DNA of 60,124 nucleotides, counting the filler, from Hausera hauseri (Eukaryota), in NCBI GenBank assembly GCA_046269625.1. It is 11 parts of 11 records of this genome, joined end to end, with 100 filler letters (N's around TTAATTAATTAA, not from the genome) between each part and the next. Parts side by side here need not be neighbours in the genome. Positions count along the whole stretch, not along the records: positions 33,679 to 38,553 come from JBJURY010407145.1; positions 38,654 to 44,294 come from JBJURY010215633.1; positions 44,395 to 49,277 come from JBJURY010404034.1; positions 49,378 to 54,327 come from JBJURY010381591.1; 7 more parts are not named here. One strand, given 5' to 3'. Below, piece after piece: positions 37,160 through 50,047 of this stretch (position 1 is its first letter; every line of letters starts with the position of its first letter). The translations under genes were made by a program, and so were the position numbers. A model generated the notes under the pieces. It was not told where the DNA came from. It was given only the letters and a program-made list of their open reading frames with translations, and made no database searches.

Positions 37160-38553
37160 TTATCATGGCTAACTAAAGTTATACCCATAGTCCTTCTGTT
37201 TAGTCTGATGCCAAAAGCATTTTCGATTACTGCTTATGATTGCAGTCAAGCTAAGTAAGGTCCAATATATTCTTTACTGGACTTAGAAAAATGTCCATTT
37301 GCTAATCCAACGTCGTTAACTACCATACCAGAAAAGGAATATTATGTTTACCATTAATCAGAATTTGTAAAGACAAAGGTAAAGGAATGTTTTGTCAGAA
37401 GAAATCAATTTCATTTTATTTGTGGATACTGGTACAGGAACTCAGCTATAACAGAAACAACTACTCCGTTTGAGCCACTTCCAATAAGTAAACGGATGTG
37501 CATGGAAGCATTTGTTACAAAGCAGATTAACATTGGAAACATTCGGCTAAGGGCTTACAAAGGGAAAATTATTAATAAAAGAATTTTTGTAGCTGGTTCA
37601 ATTGCTAAAACAGGATACTGTAAAGGAGAATCATATAACATAAACGGTGAAATATTGGATAATGTGATAGCTACTGAAGACTACCAAGTCGAGTTAAGGG
37701 AATACGATGCACTCTTCGAAATAACATATAGAAAAATGATGACATTTCCCGAATGTGACTATTATAATAAAGAATGTGATACGGGTGAATCGATCATGTC
37801 ATATGAAGTTGACAGAGATCGATGTCATCTGGCATTATTAAAGGTTGGAAAGTTTAACAAGACCAAAGACGGATATATAAAGAAGAGATATCCAAAAGTC
37901 GAATAGGTCGAGTATTAGACGCAATTGACACACTATCTGTAGTATACTCAGCAGATCATACCAAAGTGATGCGATTTAAATTAGAAGGCGATACTAAGAG
38001 ATGTGATAAAACGGTATATCGAACAAATTACAAAGGGATATTCCTGTCCACAACAAGAATTGAAGAAGCTAAAAGACAAATTGATAAATCGGAAGTAAAA
38101 CCCCATTTGTATTTTGATAATAAAATAGATTTTATCTATCATTTCCAACAGGAAAATATTTATACGATGTATTGAGAAATAATCTTAAATGATTGTAAAT
38201 TGAATCGCGAAATAATTAGAAACATAATATATCTGTTGGCTATAACAGTCGGGATAATAAAAGATCAAGCTGAATCAGTGATACCAAAGGGAAATTTGCA
38301 CGAACAATGGGTGAAACTTTTGTAACGTTCGAATGCGCTAGAGTAGCTGTCAAACTCAGACCAACTGCTAAATGTACGATGGAGTTACCTGTCTGGTACA
38401 AAGAAAAGCCGCGTATCCTCCAACTGATTACGCGGATACTATTGGACCCGGCAGAAAAACCATACGTGCATCAAAATTTCACATATACCATGTCACCCGC
38501 ATTTTGATTAAGCGATAACTTATGGATAAGTCTGCCAAAAAGGGAACAAATTA
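37160..38553 (+). pseudogene. Chuvirus-like (class III, gB-like) envelope glycoprotein with internal signal peptide, copy 1
   Basis: LSWLTKVIPIVLLFSLMPKAFS|ITAYDCSQAK*GPIYSLLDLEKCP..KECFVRR..FICG..C..AGSI..GYCKG..CDY..ECD..YFDNKIDF..GETFVTFECARVAVKLR..CTMELPV..ITRIL. This is the typical YDC/SLLD..C N-terminus and Cys pattern. Confidence 0.85.
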
Positions 38554-40112
38554 NNNNNNNNNNNNNNNNNNNNNNNNNNNNNNNNNNNNNNNNNNNNTTA
38601 ATTAATTAANNNNNNNNNNNNNNNNNNNNNNNNNNNNNNNNNNNNNNNNNNNNGATTTTCCGATCGATCAGTAGTGTGTGATCTATTTACTACATATTTG
38701 GCAAATATGACTGCTTTTTTAAAATTAAGATACCAAATAAATGTTAATTTTATTTAAAAATTTATAATTATCAGAAAATTTTTCTAATTATCAAATTTAA
38801 ATGAAATAAATGTTTGATTAAAATATTCTTTAAATATTCATTGATTGTAAAACTTTCGCGGTAGACGCAGGAATTTGAGGATAATGTCAGCATAGTCTGA
38901 TTCTTCGCCATGTTGCAGACTTATTGAGGAAATGGCAATAAGGACAATATCGCGATTTCATATGATTCCACTTGTTGCAGCATTCTTGTCAGTGTAAATC
39001 TATGTTTAGAGCTGCACACTGGGGGTTTTCATTGAGATACAACTGTTCTAAAAATCATTCACAAGCTGTGGATCGCCAACTCCATGGATTTCTTCAGTGG
39101 TATTTTTGTCAACGCCAATTTCTTATCGCCTCGAAGAATTATTGAGGATTTAATATCCATTCAGCTGCCGTTGATGAGTTATATGGCATCCTTAGCTACA
39201 TACTGTAGAACCTGTTAGATTTCCTGACAACTATAGTGTGGAGAAAAGTCCTGGTGTCTGAAGTTTTAAAAATATTAAACACTTGAAATGCAACCTGCAA
39301 TTTTTTATTTAAAAAATAACTGTATACATTAAATAAATTAGAAAAGTACAAGTAAAGTAGGTAGAAGTGTGCTCTCCACCGCACTTCTCTGATTGGTCCG
39401 CCGACCAGTTTTCCCCACCAGGTTATCTATTCTAAACATTTCGCTAAAATTTTCCCTCGACCCAACCCCAGAAAATGAGGTCGAGCAAAGAGGTTTGGAC
39501 CAGGTGAAATCGATAGCGCCTGACGAGGTGAGCAAAAGTTAACAGAGGTGCGGCTTACTGAAATGTAATGGAGAAGCGCTATGATAGGAAGAAGCAAAAC
39601 AGGAAATACTCCACGTGTAACGCGAAACATGTTGCTAGCACCCAGAAAATGTGTACAAGGGGTAAATCGATATTAGCGATTGCAATGGACACGGTTGTAA
39701 CTCGGTTAGACCATGGGAACATGGGGAAAAATCGATGTGAAAATTTCTGTCGGGTAAAATTTTCCTATGTTCAAGTCTGCCAGTGATGGAAATGGGTCTC
39801 ATACATTAGCCACAAGTTGGGGAAAATTTCACATTATAAACGCCTCACGATCAGACCAATGGATCCGGGTGAAAAATGCAACCGGACCGCAAAAAAGTCA
39901 AAATAATCATTGTGAGGAGGAATTTAAACGTGTATTTATGTGTAAATTCAATTTAAAGTTAATTCAATAAATAACCAATAGAAAGTCAGGAAATTAAGGA
40001 AAGGAGGAAAATATGACTCAATGAGTGAACAAGATAATTGTTATATAAAACTTTTATAATAAATATCTTATGGATAATTCGATCTTACAATCATCAAAAT
40101 GTTGAGGTCAGG

Positions 40113-41330
40113 ATGGCAGAGACGCGATCTACTAACATGGCGATCAACGCTTCAAGCGACTTCTTCGAGAAGAAATTGATGCCGTAAGAATTCCAGAAAG
40201 GTGACAACGTGGAAACCTTTATTGGAAAATACGAGAGTTACTTTGACTTCATAAAGATATCAGAGACGGACAGGGAAACTGCGGTCCTGTGTCTGATGGC
40301 GGATGAAGCACAGGAAAAATACAATCTGGTAAACCAAAAAGTTAAAGGGTACAAAAACCGGTTGAGAAAAGCATTTTCAAAACCCACAGCGCTGTGCGAA
40401 GATATGCATGAGGCCTTGAACTACAGAATGAGGGGGGGGCAGAACCGGACGCCTACTTCAACAAAATTAAACAACTGGCAAAGACCACTTTTAGCCACAA
40501 AGTAACACTGGAAGCTCTAACAGAAGAATTGATGATCCACTGTTGCGACAATCCAGAGATGAGAAAGGAAATTTACCGCTGTGATGAAAAAAGCGTAGAA
40601 TAAATCAAAGAGAAAATACGAAAAGTCCACGAAGTGGTAACAAAGACGGAAGAGATAAACAGAGGCAGAGAATACACTAGAGAGGGTCGACGGAGTTATC
40701 GGGATGTGGCAATGTACAAATTTGACAAACTAAGACGGGAAAGGAAGGATTTCAAACTGCACAATAAGCAGGCAAAGAGCACGATGAAATGCTGGTCGTG
40801 CCAAAAAGACGGGCATACAAGCGGGACGTGCAACCTCCAACATGCACCAAGATGTTTTGGTTGCGGGAAAGAAGGAAACATTAACAGAAATTGCCCGGAA
40901 AGGAAACCCATAATATTCTATGGGTGTGGTCAGCAAGGACACATAAGGTGAAATAGCATAAACATAAAATGCAATATATGTCACAATAGAGGGCACGGAG
41001 ACGAAGAGTGCTATACAAAATTGGACAAGAGCAGAAGAGGACAAAATACGTATACCGACAATTTCAAATGTGCGGGGAATGGTCAGAAAAGATATGGAGA
41101 GCGGATAAACAGCAGGCACGCATACGTTGCAAATATTGACGAGGACTATAAAGAATCCATCACAGAGTCGACAAACCCAAAAGACAGAGCCTCGACAGAA
41201 GAGGAGCTAGTCGAGGCATTATTTAAATAAATCCAAAACCTCCCAAAATACTGAAAGGAACGGATAAGCTATTGAAGAAATAAAGGAAAGAACAGAGGAA
41301 AGAGTACAAAGGTTTATGAAAACGATACGC
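40113..41330 (+). pseudogene. LTR-retrotransposon gag remnant with four CCHC-type zinc knuckles
   Basis: CWSCQKDGHTSGTC, CFGCGKEGNINRNC, FYGCGQQGHIR and CNICHNRGHGDEEC, preceded by a gag-like helical region. Confidence 0.8.
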
Positions 41331-43223
41331 AGATAAAAGGGTAGCACTCCCTACATACTCTGTCGCCATGGCGAAGGAATTTCTACAAGATAACATCTCG
41401 ATAAGGAATGTTGTTTACCTGCTGTGGAGATGAACAGTTTCCTCCAGCAGGTATGTTTTATGTTAGTAACTACTTCCGTACTGCATAACTTTTTATTTGC
41501 AGAGTCACTGCCGATTAATTAGCCGTTGCTGCTGAAGGGTCCTTGGAGCTCCGCTTGTGATAAAAGTGAAATAATGTGCTGTTTTGATCTCAGTACCACT
41601 GATAAATACTCTGGTTTCTGCAGGGCTCCCCCAGGTGATGCAGGGGCTTTACAAAGAATTTCTTAAATTTTTTACCAATTCAACAATGTAAAATAATCCA
41701 TTAATCAAACTCATCGCCAATCCAGATGATATTTAAATTGAGCTATTTGGTCAGTTTTTTTATTGTCATAAATGAAATTTTAAACCACGGTAACAGAACT
41801 TATGACGTGGCAGAATGAAAATGCATTCAGTCTGAAGACATTTATTTAAAATCCACAATAACTGTGCATATAACATCTATACGGTTTATTACCATTTGCA
41901 TAATTGTCCCAACAAAATCTTCCTCTATATAATCCAAGTTTCAATCATTAATTCCTTTGGTTTGAATCATTGGACTCTTATTAACCGCATAGTGTATTAC
42001 AGTCAAAATGAGCGAATATTTCGCATGGTTCATCCATCACCAAACATTGAGATTATTCCAAATTCAAATGAAACACAATAATCGATTCGTAATATCTAAA
42101 ATTATGAAAAATGTCTTTTACCATCAGATCAATAAATTCTAGATCTCCGAGAACTGTGAAATGATTACTAAACGTTGAAAATCAATATTTTAAGGCGTTT
42201 ATTAAAACAATAGAAACAACAGTCAAGTAATTCAGCATTGAAAGTTGACTAGTCATTATTGAAATAATGATAACTGTAATTTTCATTAAATCGAACATTT
42301 TTCGCCTTTTTAAAAATTTTATATTGATCGACTTCAAGCTTTATTACTCATTTCATCTTGATCATATTCATTAAACTCATCATAATCATAATACTCATTT
42401 TCAAAATACTCATCACATTTCCAATTCTCAAATTTTACTTCTGTATCATCAAAACCTTTAAAATTTTCAGTTGGTTCTTTAAGAATACTTTTATTTTTAG
42501 TGCTGGTATACTGTTGAAATATGTCACAATCCCATTGTGAATTGGCTTCTTTTCGTTTTGATTTTCCGGGACCCTTTCTTGATTCTGACTTCCAAGTATT
42601 ATTTTAATTACGATTTTTACTCATTTTCGTATAATGAACTTCTTAAAACAAAATTACGTTTTTTTCTACATAACTTAATTTTTTTGTTGGATTGAAAATT
42701 TAGGAAAATAATTTAAGGATAATTCTACGCTGTCGACATTAGTATTTGATTATAACATTTCACACGGAAATTATTTCTTTCAAACAAATCAAAAATCACT
42801 CAGTTATAGCTTTACAATGTAGAAATGTTTCTATTTATTTGGGCACTTGTTCAGCATCTCCCAATATTTAAATAAATGTTCATATGATAGTCCATCAATG
42901 TGCCTTTGCCCGTGTATAAATTTTGGTTTTGTACTACTACAGCACACTTACAATTGAATCTCTTTTAATTCCACTGAACATTATGAAACACAAAATTTTA
43001 CTTAACAGCCTGGCGGATTCACCCAATGTAAAAAATGTTAAGCTTAATAAATAAGGAAGGCTTTTCATGGAATTAAAAGAAATATTTCATTTGGAAACAT
43101 ATTTCAAGAGTATGACTTTGTAAATTAAAAATTGATTGAATCGTTCAGCGAGAAAATTTCTGTTGAAATAATGATGGCTCAGAAAAATAAACAACGAAAA
43201 TTTGTTGGAATATTTGTAATTAA

Positions 43224-43727
43224 CCCCTTCAGACCTGATGTCCATTGTAATTTTACACAAACTATTTTATGGAATATTTTATATGTATTTAAATCTGAGC
43301 GTATAAAACTATTTTAACGTAGAACGGAAACATGTTTTCTACCGATTCAAATTGAAAAATAAATGTTCACACTTATTTTATTCACTTGCGCAGCAGTTAA
43401 GAACTGCAAAGGCAAAACTCATTTTATGAAAAATGTTACGTCCATTTATGTATAGTCAAAGAGCGCAATTGTTTCAAAAATTTTCATCGAAATGCAATAT
43501 AATCAAATACGTTTTTCTTTAATGTTTATGTTTTTGTTGTCTCATTTTGTGATAATTATTATATTATATTATACCATATGTCCATTACAACGGATATTTC
43601 GAAAAGTTGTTTAAAATTCAAAATATTTTTAAATTTATGCCTTAGGTGTATTTTAAGACAGAAATTAAACTTTTATTTATAGAAAAATATTTATTTTGGT
43701 TATTTAAAAAACTCAGATCTGAAGAGG
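43224..43727. mobile_element. Non-autonomous piggyBac-type element (MITE)
   Basis: TTAA|CCCCTTCAGACCTG ... CAGATCTGAAGAGG|TTAA: 14-bp TIRs with 2 mismatches and a TTAA on both sides (43220-43223, 43728-43731). Confidence 0.72.
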
Positions 43728-44394
43728 TTAATAAAGTATTATTTAAATTTCTGACGAAATATGTGAAACGGGTTCGAACAAAAAGGTCGATAAAATGTCA
43801 GGTGATAACCCGGATTTTACTCCATCAATATTGCCTAGCAAACCGATCGTAACTAATACATAAAAATTTTTAATAGTTACTATATGCGCATTACTATTAT
43901 TCTATATAGATAATTTTGTAAAGTAATGAATCCATGACATTTTTGTTTCCCCATTCTTTATAATTACATCCAGAACACTTTCTGATTGTAGACACAATCA
44001 TGATAACACTATTTCCGAACATAAATATTTTCACTATTGGAAGTTGGTAATTACAATGACGGTTCCTTTGCTAGTAATATAAATATTTTCGAATTTAATA
44101 ATGGATTTTCTGAGAGAGTGCCATTAAGAAGTACTCTTTGCCGGGACTTATACAACCAACTTCAAATTCAAAGTATATTAATTTATCAAAACACTCATAC
44201 AAACGTCTGATTAGCGGCAAAAATATTTAATTTTAACCGATATTTTGTAGCCATACTTCACTCCAGCACAACTTTTCTGAAGTTTCTGTAATGANNNNNN
44301 NNNNNNNNNNNNNNNNNNNNNNNNNNNNNNNNNNNNNNTTAATTAATTAANNNNNNNNNNNNNNNNNNNNNNNNNNNNNNNNNNNNNNNNNNNN

Positions 44395-45054
44395 TTTTTT
44401 TGTTTGCGTGGTGCACTCACATCTACCTACTAACATTGCACCTAATAGTGAGGCCTCTGCTGGAATTGTAAAATTAAGTTTTGGCGGGAAATTTTGTCGC
44501 GTAACTTTATAAGTATATTGAGACATTCGTTCAATTCTGATTTCAGGAATTTGACGATATGGTTGAATTTCACTTTTATATATATTTAGTTGGTCTAAAA
44601 TATGGTCTGATGCATGATATCGATGTTCTGATAATTGTAGCCAAATACCGGTATTGACACCTAATGGAACATGTGACCATACTTTGATGTTAGCTGACTT
44701 TTCACCCTGTTTGACAGTTATACTATAACTGGTTATAGGAAGTCTTTCCAAATTCCATAAATAACCATTTTGAAATTCCTAAGAACCACTGATGATATCA
44801 GGAAGTGTGTCGATGTTTCATGAGTACGTGACGTAAACGAGATTTTTGAAAACAGTTTGAATTTGATTAATGGACTGGCCTTTGCTCGAGCCATCACAAA
44901 AGAATAATTCACCGTGAAACACATCTAAAGTGAGTTGCTTTTTGTCTTTATATAACGACCATGTTAAACGAAAAATGGGTTTAGTGCGACTAGCTTTCAT
45001 GTGGTAAATAGATGTATCTTGATAAGGCCATTCTGATAATAACTGCAGATCCAT
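44395..45054 (-). pseudogene. Unknown decayed ORF of about 220 codons (one frame, two in-frame stops)
   Basis: ORFs 44818-45054 and 44347-44751 share a frame, separated by TGA and TAG only. Confidence 0.4.
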
Positions 45055-48000
45055 TCTGGGTCCAGCCTATGTGCCCTACGCGCCGGCAGCGGACGCCCTG
45101 CCGTGCCCAACCAAATGGGCCAGAGGGCGACGGTCGATGCCGGCACCACATCACCCCCCGTGACAAAGTTAAAACTATGAAAAGCGAAAGGACAGAGAGA
45201 AAAAATCGCAAAACGAAAAGTGTGTTAGATGAGTTTAATGTGAATAAGACGTTGAATACCTTGGACTGATTTTTCCCTGCTATACTTGCTGAATGTGACT
45301 CTGCGTGTTGCGTGTTTTGCGATGTGTTTGTTTGCAGTGATTGAGGTTGGGGAAAAATTGTTAGATTTTGATGTAAGTGTTGTGTCGTGCTAAGATGAAT
45401 CGGAATAAAGAGAAGGAGAAGACGAAGAATAAAGGGGGTTTTTAAAGACGGATGGTTAAAGGCACTGAAAAGAGTGTTAGAAGACGAAGGAGTGATGACA
45501 GGTGTAGTGGTGGATAAAGAAAGAGAGGAGAAAGTTGGAGTATAGATTGGAATTGTGTTGAATGAAAAAGTGGAAGGGAAAGATGGTACAGAGGTAGTGG
45601 TAGGAATAAAAGTAGAAGGTGTATAAAATGATGGAGCAGGACTAGGTTCAGAAGAGGAAGGTGGAAATGATGTAGCAATAGATGTAGTGATAGTAGGGAG
45701 TGGATGAGTAAGAAAAGAGGTTGAAGTGTCGGTTGGTAAGGTGTCGTCGACAAAGAAAGCGGGCTTTAAGTTGGTAATGTGTACTGTAAAATCTTTGCCG
45801 TCTTTAGAGATAATGGCGTTGTGTGAGTGCAGCTGTATCAGTTTATAGGGCCCCAGGTACCGCTGCTGAAAACCTCAAGGTGCTTGATTCTTTAGCCATA
45901 CGAATTTTGCCGAATACAAATTTTCGGGTAAGTATGTTTTGTCTTTGTGAAGTATCCTGCAGAACGAATCTTTGCTGACCTTAACAAAGTGATTTTGCGC
46001 TGCCCGTATTGTCTCATCCACAGGAGTGTCGTCTAGGATGGTTAGTTCGAATAATGATCGGACAGGAGCTCCGAATAAGGCTTTAGTAGGTGAGCATCCT
46101 GTGAAAGTGGACGGAGTGTTCCGCTAGCCAAGCAGAACGAACGGAAGAAGATTTGTCCAACCAATGTTGGACTCTGCGAGGATTCGTAGTGACGTTTTAA
46201 GGTTCGGTGGAAACGTTCTAGAAGGCCATTCGATTGGGGTGATAAGGCGTAGTATGTATGTTATGGATCCCCAATCGGTTAACAAGGGATTTGAACAGGT
46301 TTGATTCAAACTGTAGATCCTGGTCCGTGATGATGAAGCGAGGTAATCCAAATCTGCTAATCCATGTGCGAATGAAAACGTCAGCTATGATGTCGGTGTT
46401 TGTGATCCGCAGAGGGATGGATTCTGGCCATCGCGAGGAACGGTCCATCATGGTGAGGATGAATTGATGACCGTTGTCTGGACGAAGAGCGCCAACGATG
46501 TCGATATGCACGGATTCGAAACGCAATGTGCAGGGAAAGTGGAATAGTGGTGGCTTTAAATGCTTAGCTGTTTTGTATTTTTGACAAGCCACACACTCCT
46601 TAACCTATGCCTGCACATCAGAGCGCATTGGCGGCCATATTACTTGTCGATGGAGTAAACGAAAAGTGGCTTAATACCAGGATGGTGTAGTGAATGAACG
46701 CTATGAAATGCTTGCTTTTGTAATGATGGTGCTAGATTTACTAGGGAATGGCCTGGTTTGGAGGTGTCTAAAGCCACGACGTCAACGATTGTGCAAGACT
46801 TGAAAGAATTAAGCATATCATGGGGTGGCGGTTCTGTTTAAGTTAATCTTGCATAAAGATCGGTGAAAAATTAATCGAACTAACCGATCTAGATAAAAGA
46901 TTAGCAACCAAATTGGTAACCCGTTAATATGTTTAATTTCGAAGTTAAATGTCGATAAGTATGATATTTGTCGTTCTTGGCGTGTGGAAGGGTGTTTCAT
47001 AGCCATGATGTTAAGTAATGGCTTGTGATCAGTTTGTAGAGTAAAATGACTAGCTACTAGTAGCTGTAAGAAATGCTTTAAAGCGAAACGATGGCCAATA
47101 GTTCTCGATCGAACGTGGAATATCTGGTTTCAGGTGCTGTTAGCTTGCGAGAGAAAACTTCTGATGGTTGATTTTTTCCCTTGTAGATATGGTGCAGTAC
47201 AGCACCTACAGCAGTGGTTGACGCGTCTGTAGTAAGGATGAGTTCTGCATCAGGCTTGGGGAAAGCTAGAATATCTACGGATTTGATGCCTTCGCGTAGC
47301 TTGTCAAATTTGTCAACTAATTCAGGTGTCCACTGGATTGACTGATGTTTCTTGCCGCCGCTTAGGTGTGCTAATGGTGCGGTCAATTCGGAGCAATATA
47401 GTACATATTTATGCACAAAGTGTAAGGTACCAAGGAAACTGCGCATTTCCATGGTTGTACGTGGCAATTGGATGTTTTTAAGAGCTTCGACTCGGTCTGA
47501 TTGGGGAGAATGACCGTCTGGTGTAATAATGTGGCCTAAAAAGTTAATGCGCTTTTTGAAGAAATGGCATTTGTCGAAATTGACTTGGAGATTATGGTGG
47601 TTATGAAGTTGGAATATTGCACGAATGTGTTCTTCGTGTTGTTTGGCCAAAGATGAAACGACTATAATATCATCGATATAAGGGTGTGCAAACGGGAAAT
47701 CGGAAAGAATTGAATCGATGTGCCGCTGAAAAGTTTGTGCGGCATTTCGCAAATTGAATGGCATAAACAGGTATTCGTAGAGGCCAAAAGGAGTAGTTAC
47801 TGCAGTTTTTTTTATGTCTTCGGGTGCTACCGGTATTTGATGGTATGCTTTAGCTAAATCAATGGTTAAATAGATGGTGGTTAAATTAAGACGATGCAAG
47901 ATAACCTTGATGAGTGGTAAAGGATACGCGTTTATGATAGTCAAGTTGTTTAGCTGTCGGTAGTCACCGCATGGTCTAAAGGTACCGTCCTTTTTTGTAC

Positions 48001-48405
48001 AACATGTAACGGTGATGACCAAGGAGATTTGGAACGGAATACTATGCCGAAACGTTCTAGCTCAAGAAATTCGGCTTCTACGGCCTGTCCACGACGAGGT
48101 AGCAGAGGCTGTACTTTTTGGCGCATTGGACGTTGGTGCTGTGTGACTATGTGGTGTAAAGGGCTGTTTGCGGAAGTAAAAGTACGGTCTTTTTTAAGTA
48201 CGCGAGGACATGAGGTGTTGACGAATTGCTGTATAGTTGTAGGTAACTGTGCGAGATTTGGTGGAACTGGTGAAACGGCTTGCGTAGTAGCAGATGCAAT
48301 GTGTGAGTTGTTTGGTGATGTGCAGTCAAGTGGTATTTGGTGTAAGATGGTTGAATTGAAAATGGTGTTGGCTGAGGTATTTTCGTCAAATGAGTTAGCA
48401 TTGGT
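45055..48405 (-). mobile_element. Ty3/gypsy pol (RT-RNase H-integrase) with PPT and GC-rich 3' LTR stub starting at 45150; same family as 7490-12500
   Basis: RPCGDYRQLN..IDLAKAYHQIP..PYIDDII, TDAST..RYSTFDRELL and VHIDIVG..TTPYHP. FLGHIITPDGHSPQ is shared with the other copy. GGGGGGTGA|TGTGGTGCCG marks the LTR start. Confidence 0.95.
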
Positions 48406-49175
48406 GACTATCAGATCAAGTTGAAAGAATATGAGGTATTATTCGACTCACAGACAAAATTGATGACGACTATGAGTGAATGCGAGTATGATAGTGGAGA
48501 ATGTGATACTGGATAATCGAAAATGACATGGGAAACCACTGCAAGTAAATGTCAGTTGACACTGTTACGAGAAGGAAAGTTTAATAAAACAGTAGGAGAA
48601 ACGGCAGAAAAAGAAACAGCTACATATAAAGAAGGGACAAAGGAAGATAAGATGACGGAGGTGGCTACAATTGTATATTCGAAAAACCCAGAAGAGATTA
48701 TGCGATTCAAAATCACGGGAGTAGCAAATAAGTGTAACGAAGAGATCCAAAACTAACTATAAAGGTATTTTCTTATCAAGAAAAGAAATACCCGGTTCAA
48801 AAACCAAAATAGATAAGAAAGACATAAAGTTGACGCAATACTTTGATAATAAGATCGATTTTCTAGTCAATTATGTAAGGAAGATAATTCGAGGGTTATA
48901 TAGAGAAATAAAAATGCATGAATGTAAGCTGAATTATGAAATAATGCGCAATAAAATGGCATTAGTAATAACGAATCCGGGCATGGTAGCGCCCGTAATG
49001 CCATTCGGCGACGGAATTATTAGCAGAGTGATGGGCGAGGTATTGATAACAACAGAATGTAAGAAGGTAGAAGTATCAATTAGGCTAACAGAAGAATGTA
49101 CAATGGAATTACTTGTGGTTTACCATACAGAACCAAGATATGTGATTCCAGTAACCAGAATATTATTATATATTA
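48406..49175 (+). pseudogene. Chuvirus-like envelope glycoprotein, copy 2 (internal fragment)
   Basis: DYQIKLKEYEVLF..ECEYDSGECDTG*S..CQLTLLREGKFNKT..MRFK..TNYKGIFLS..YFDNKIDF..MGEVLITTECKKVEV..CTMEL..VTRILL is collinear with copy 1. Confidence 0.88.
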
Positions 49176-50047
49176 ACGTTGTGAAGGGGAAACTCGATTG
49201 ATGATATTTAAATTGTATATTAATTTAATTGTATATTAATTGTATATTAATTTAATTGTATATTAATTTAAAAAGGGNNNNNNNNNNNNNNNNNNNNNNN
49301 NNNNNNNNNNNNNNNNNNNNNTTAATTAATTAANNNNNNNNNNNNNNNNNNNNNNNNNNNNNNNNNNNNNNNNNNNNCCTAGATATACCATAATTAGTAC
49401 AAAATATATCAGAGGGGCCAGTTAAAAGTATGTTATACTGAAAGAAATCCCAAAATCTACTATTTGCATACTTATTAAATGCAGTCATAAATCAGTTTTA
49501 AGCAGTCGAGTTCTCTGGGCTCAAGCTCGTCTTAGATGTTGTTTGGGGCTTTCCTAGGTCACAATGGTGATATGCAGCAGTAGAAACAAAAAAATACAAT
49601 TTGGTAAAGACTAATTTGCTGACACCACAAAGTGAAAAAAATGAAGAACTACCCGTGCATATGGGCACATTTTAGTGTCTACGAAACAAGTGGTTCACAC
49701 CTTTTAGAGACGCTGACCCCAAACAGTAATACGGTGTGAATGTACAATAAAATGCCAAGACATGCTATGCAATTTTCATTAATGCATATGTTGTGAATCG
49801 GAACTGAAGTAGATATAACATGCATATATGTGCCCTCTGATAGTTTGTATTTAATTATGGAAATAACGCAGCTTAAATAAAGCACAAGGGGAAGTTAAGA
49901 CAATGGGAAAACCACAGGAAAGAAAGAAAGAGCAGAAGTGTCATGAGCCAGGATCGAACCCACGACTTCTTAGGGGGAGCTAAATTATAGACTAAATTAA
50001 GTAAATATTTTATGATCTTCTTCTTCTTCTTCTCGTTCGTTACATGT

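Noticed and set aside
44990-45211. Signal-peptide ORF (MRFFLSVLSLFIVLTLSRG) as a gypsy env
   Set aside because: It spans the T-rich 3' UTR, the PPT and the LTR start shared with the sibling element, so the hydrophobicity comes from base composition.
45442-45753. Leu/His/Pro-rich 103-aa ORF as a membrane protein
   Set aside because: It is an off-frame reading of the low-complexity Ser/Thr/Pro tail after the integrase.
45055-49175. The gypsy element and the adjacent glycoprotein as one env-bearing retrovirus
   Set aside because: They are on opposite strands, both are truncated at the junction, and env lies upstream of RT. This looks like a rearrangement or nested insertion.
49210-49270. AATTGTATATT(AATTT) tandem repeats
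   Set aside because: Short AT-rich low-complexity sequence at a contig end, with no unique spacers.
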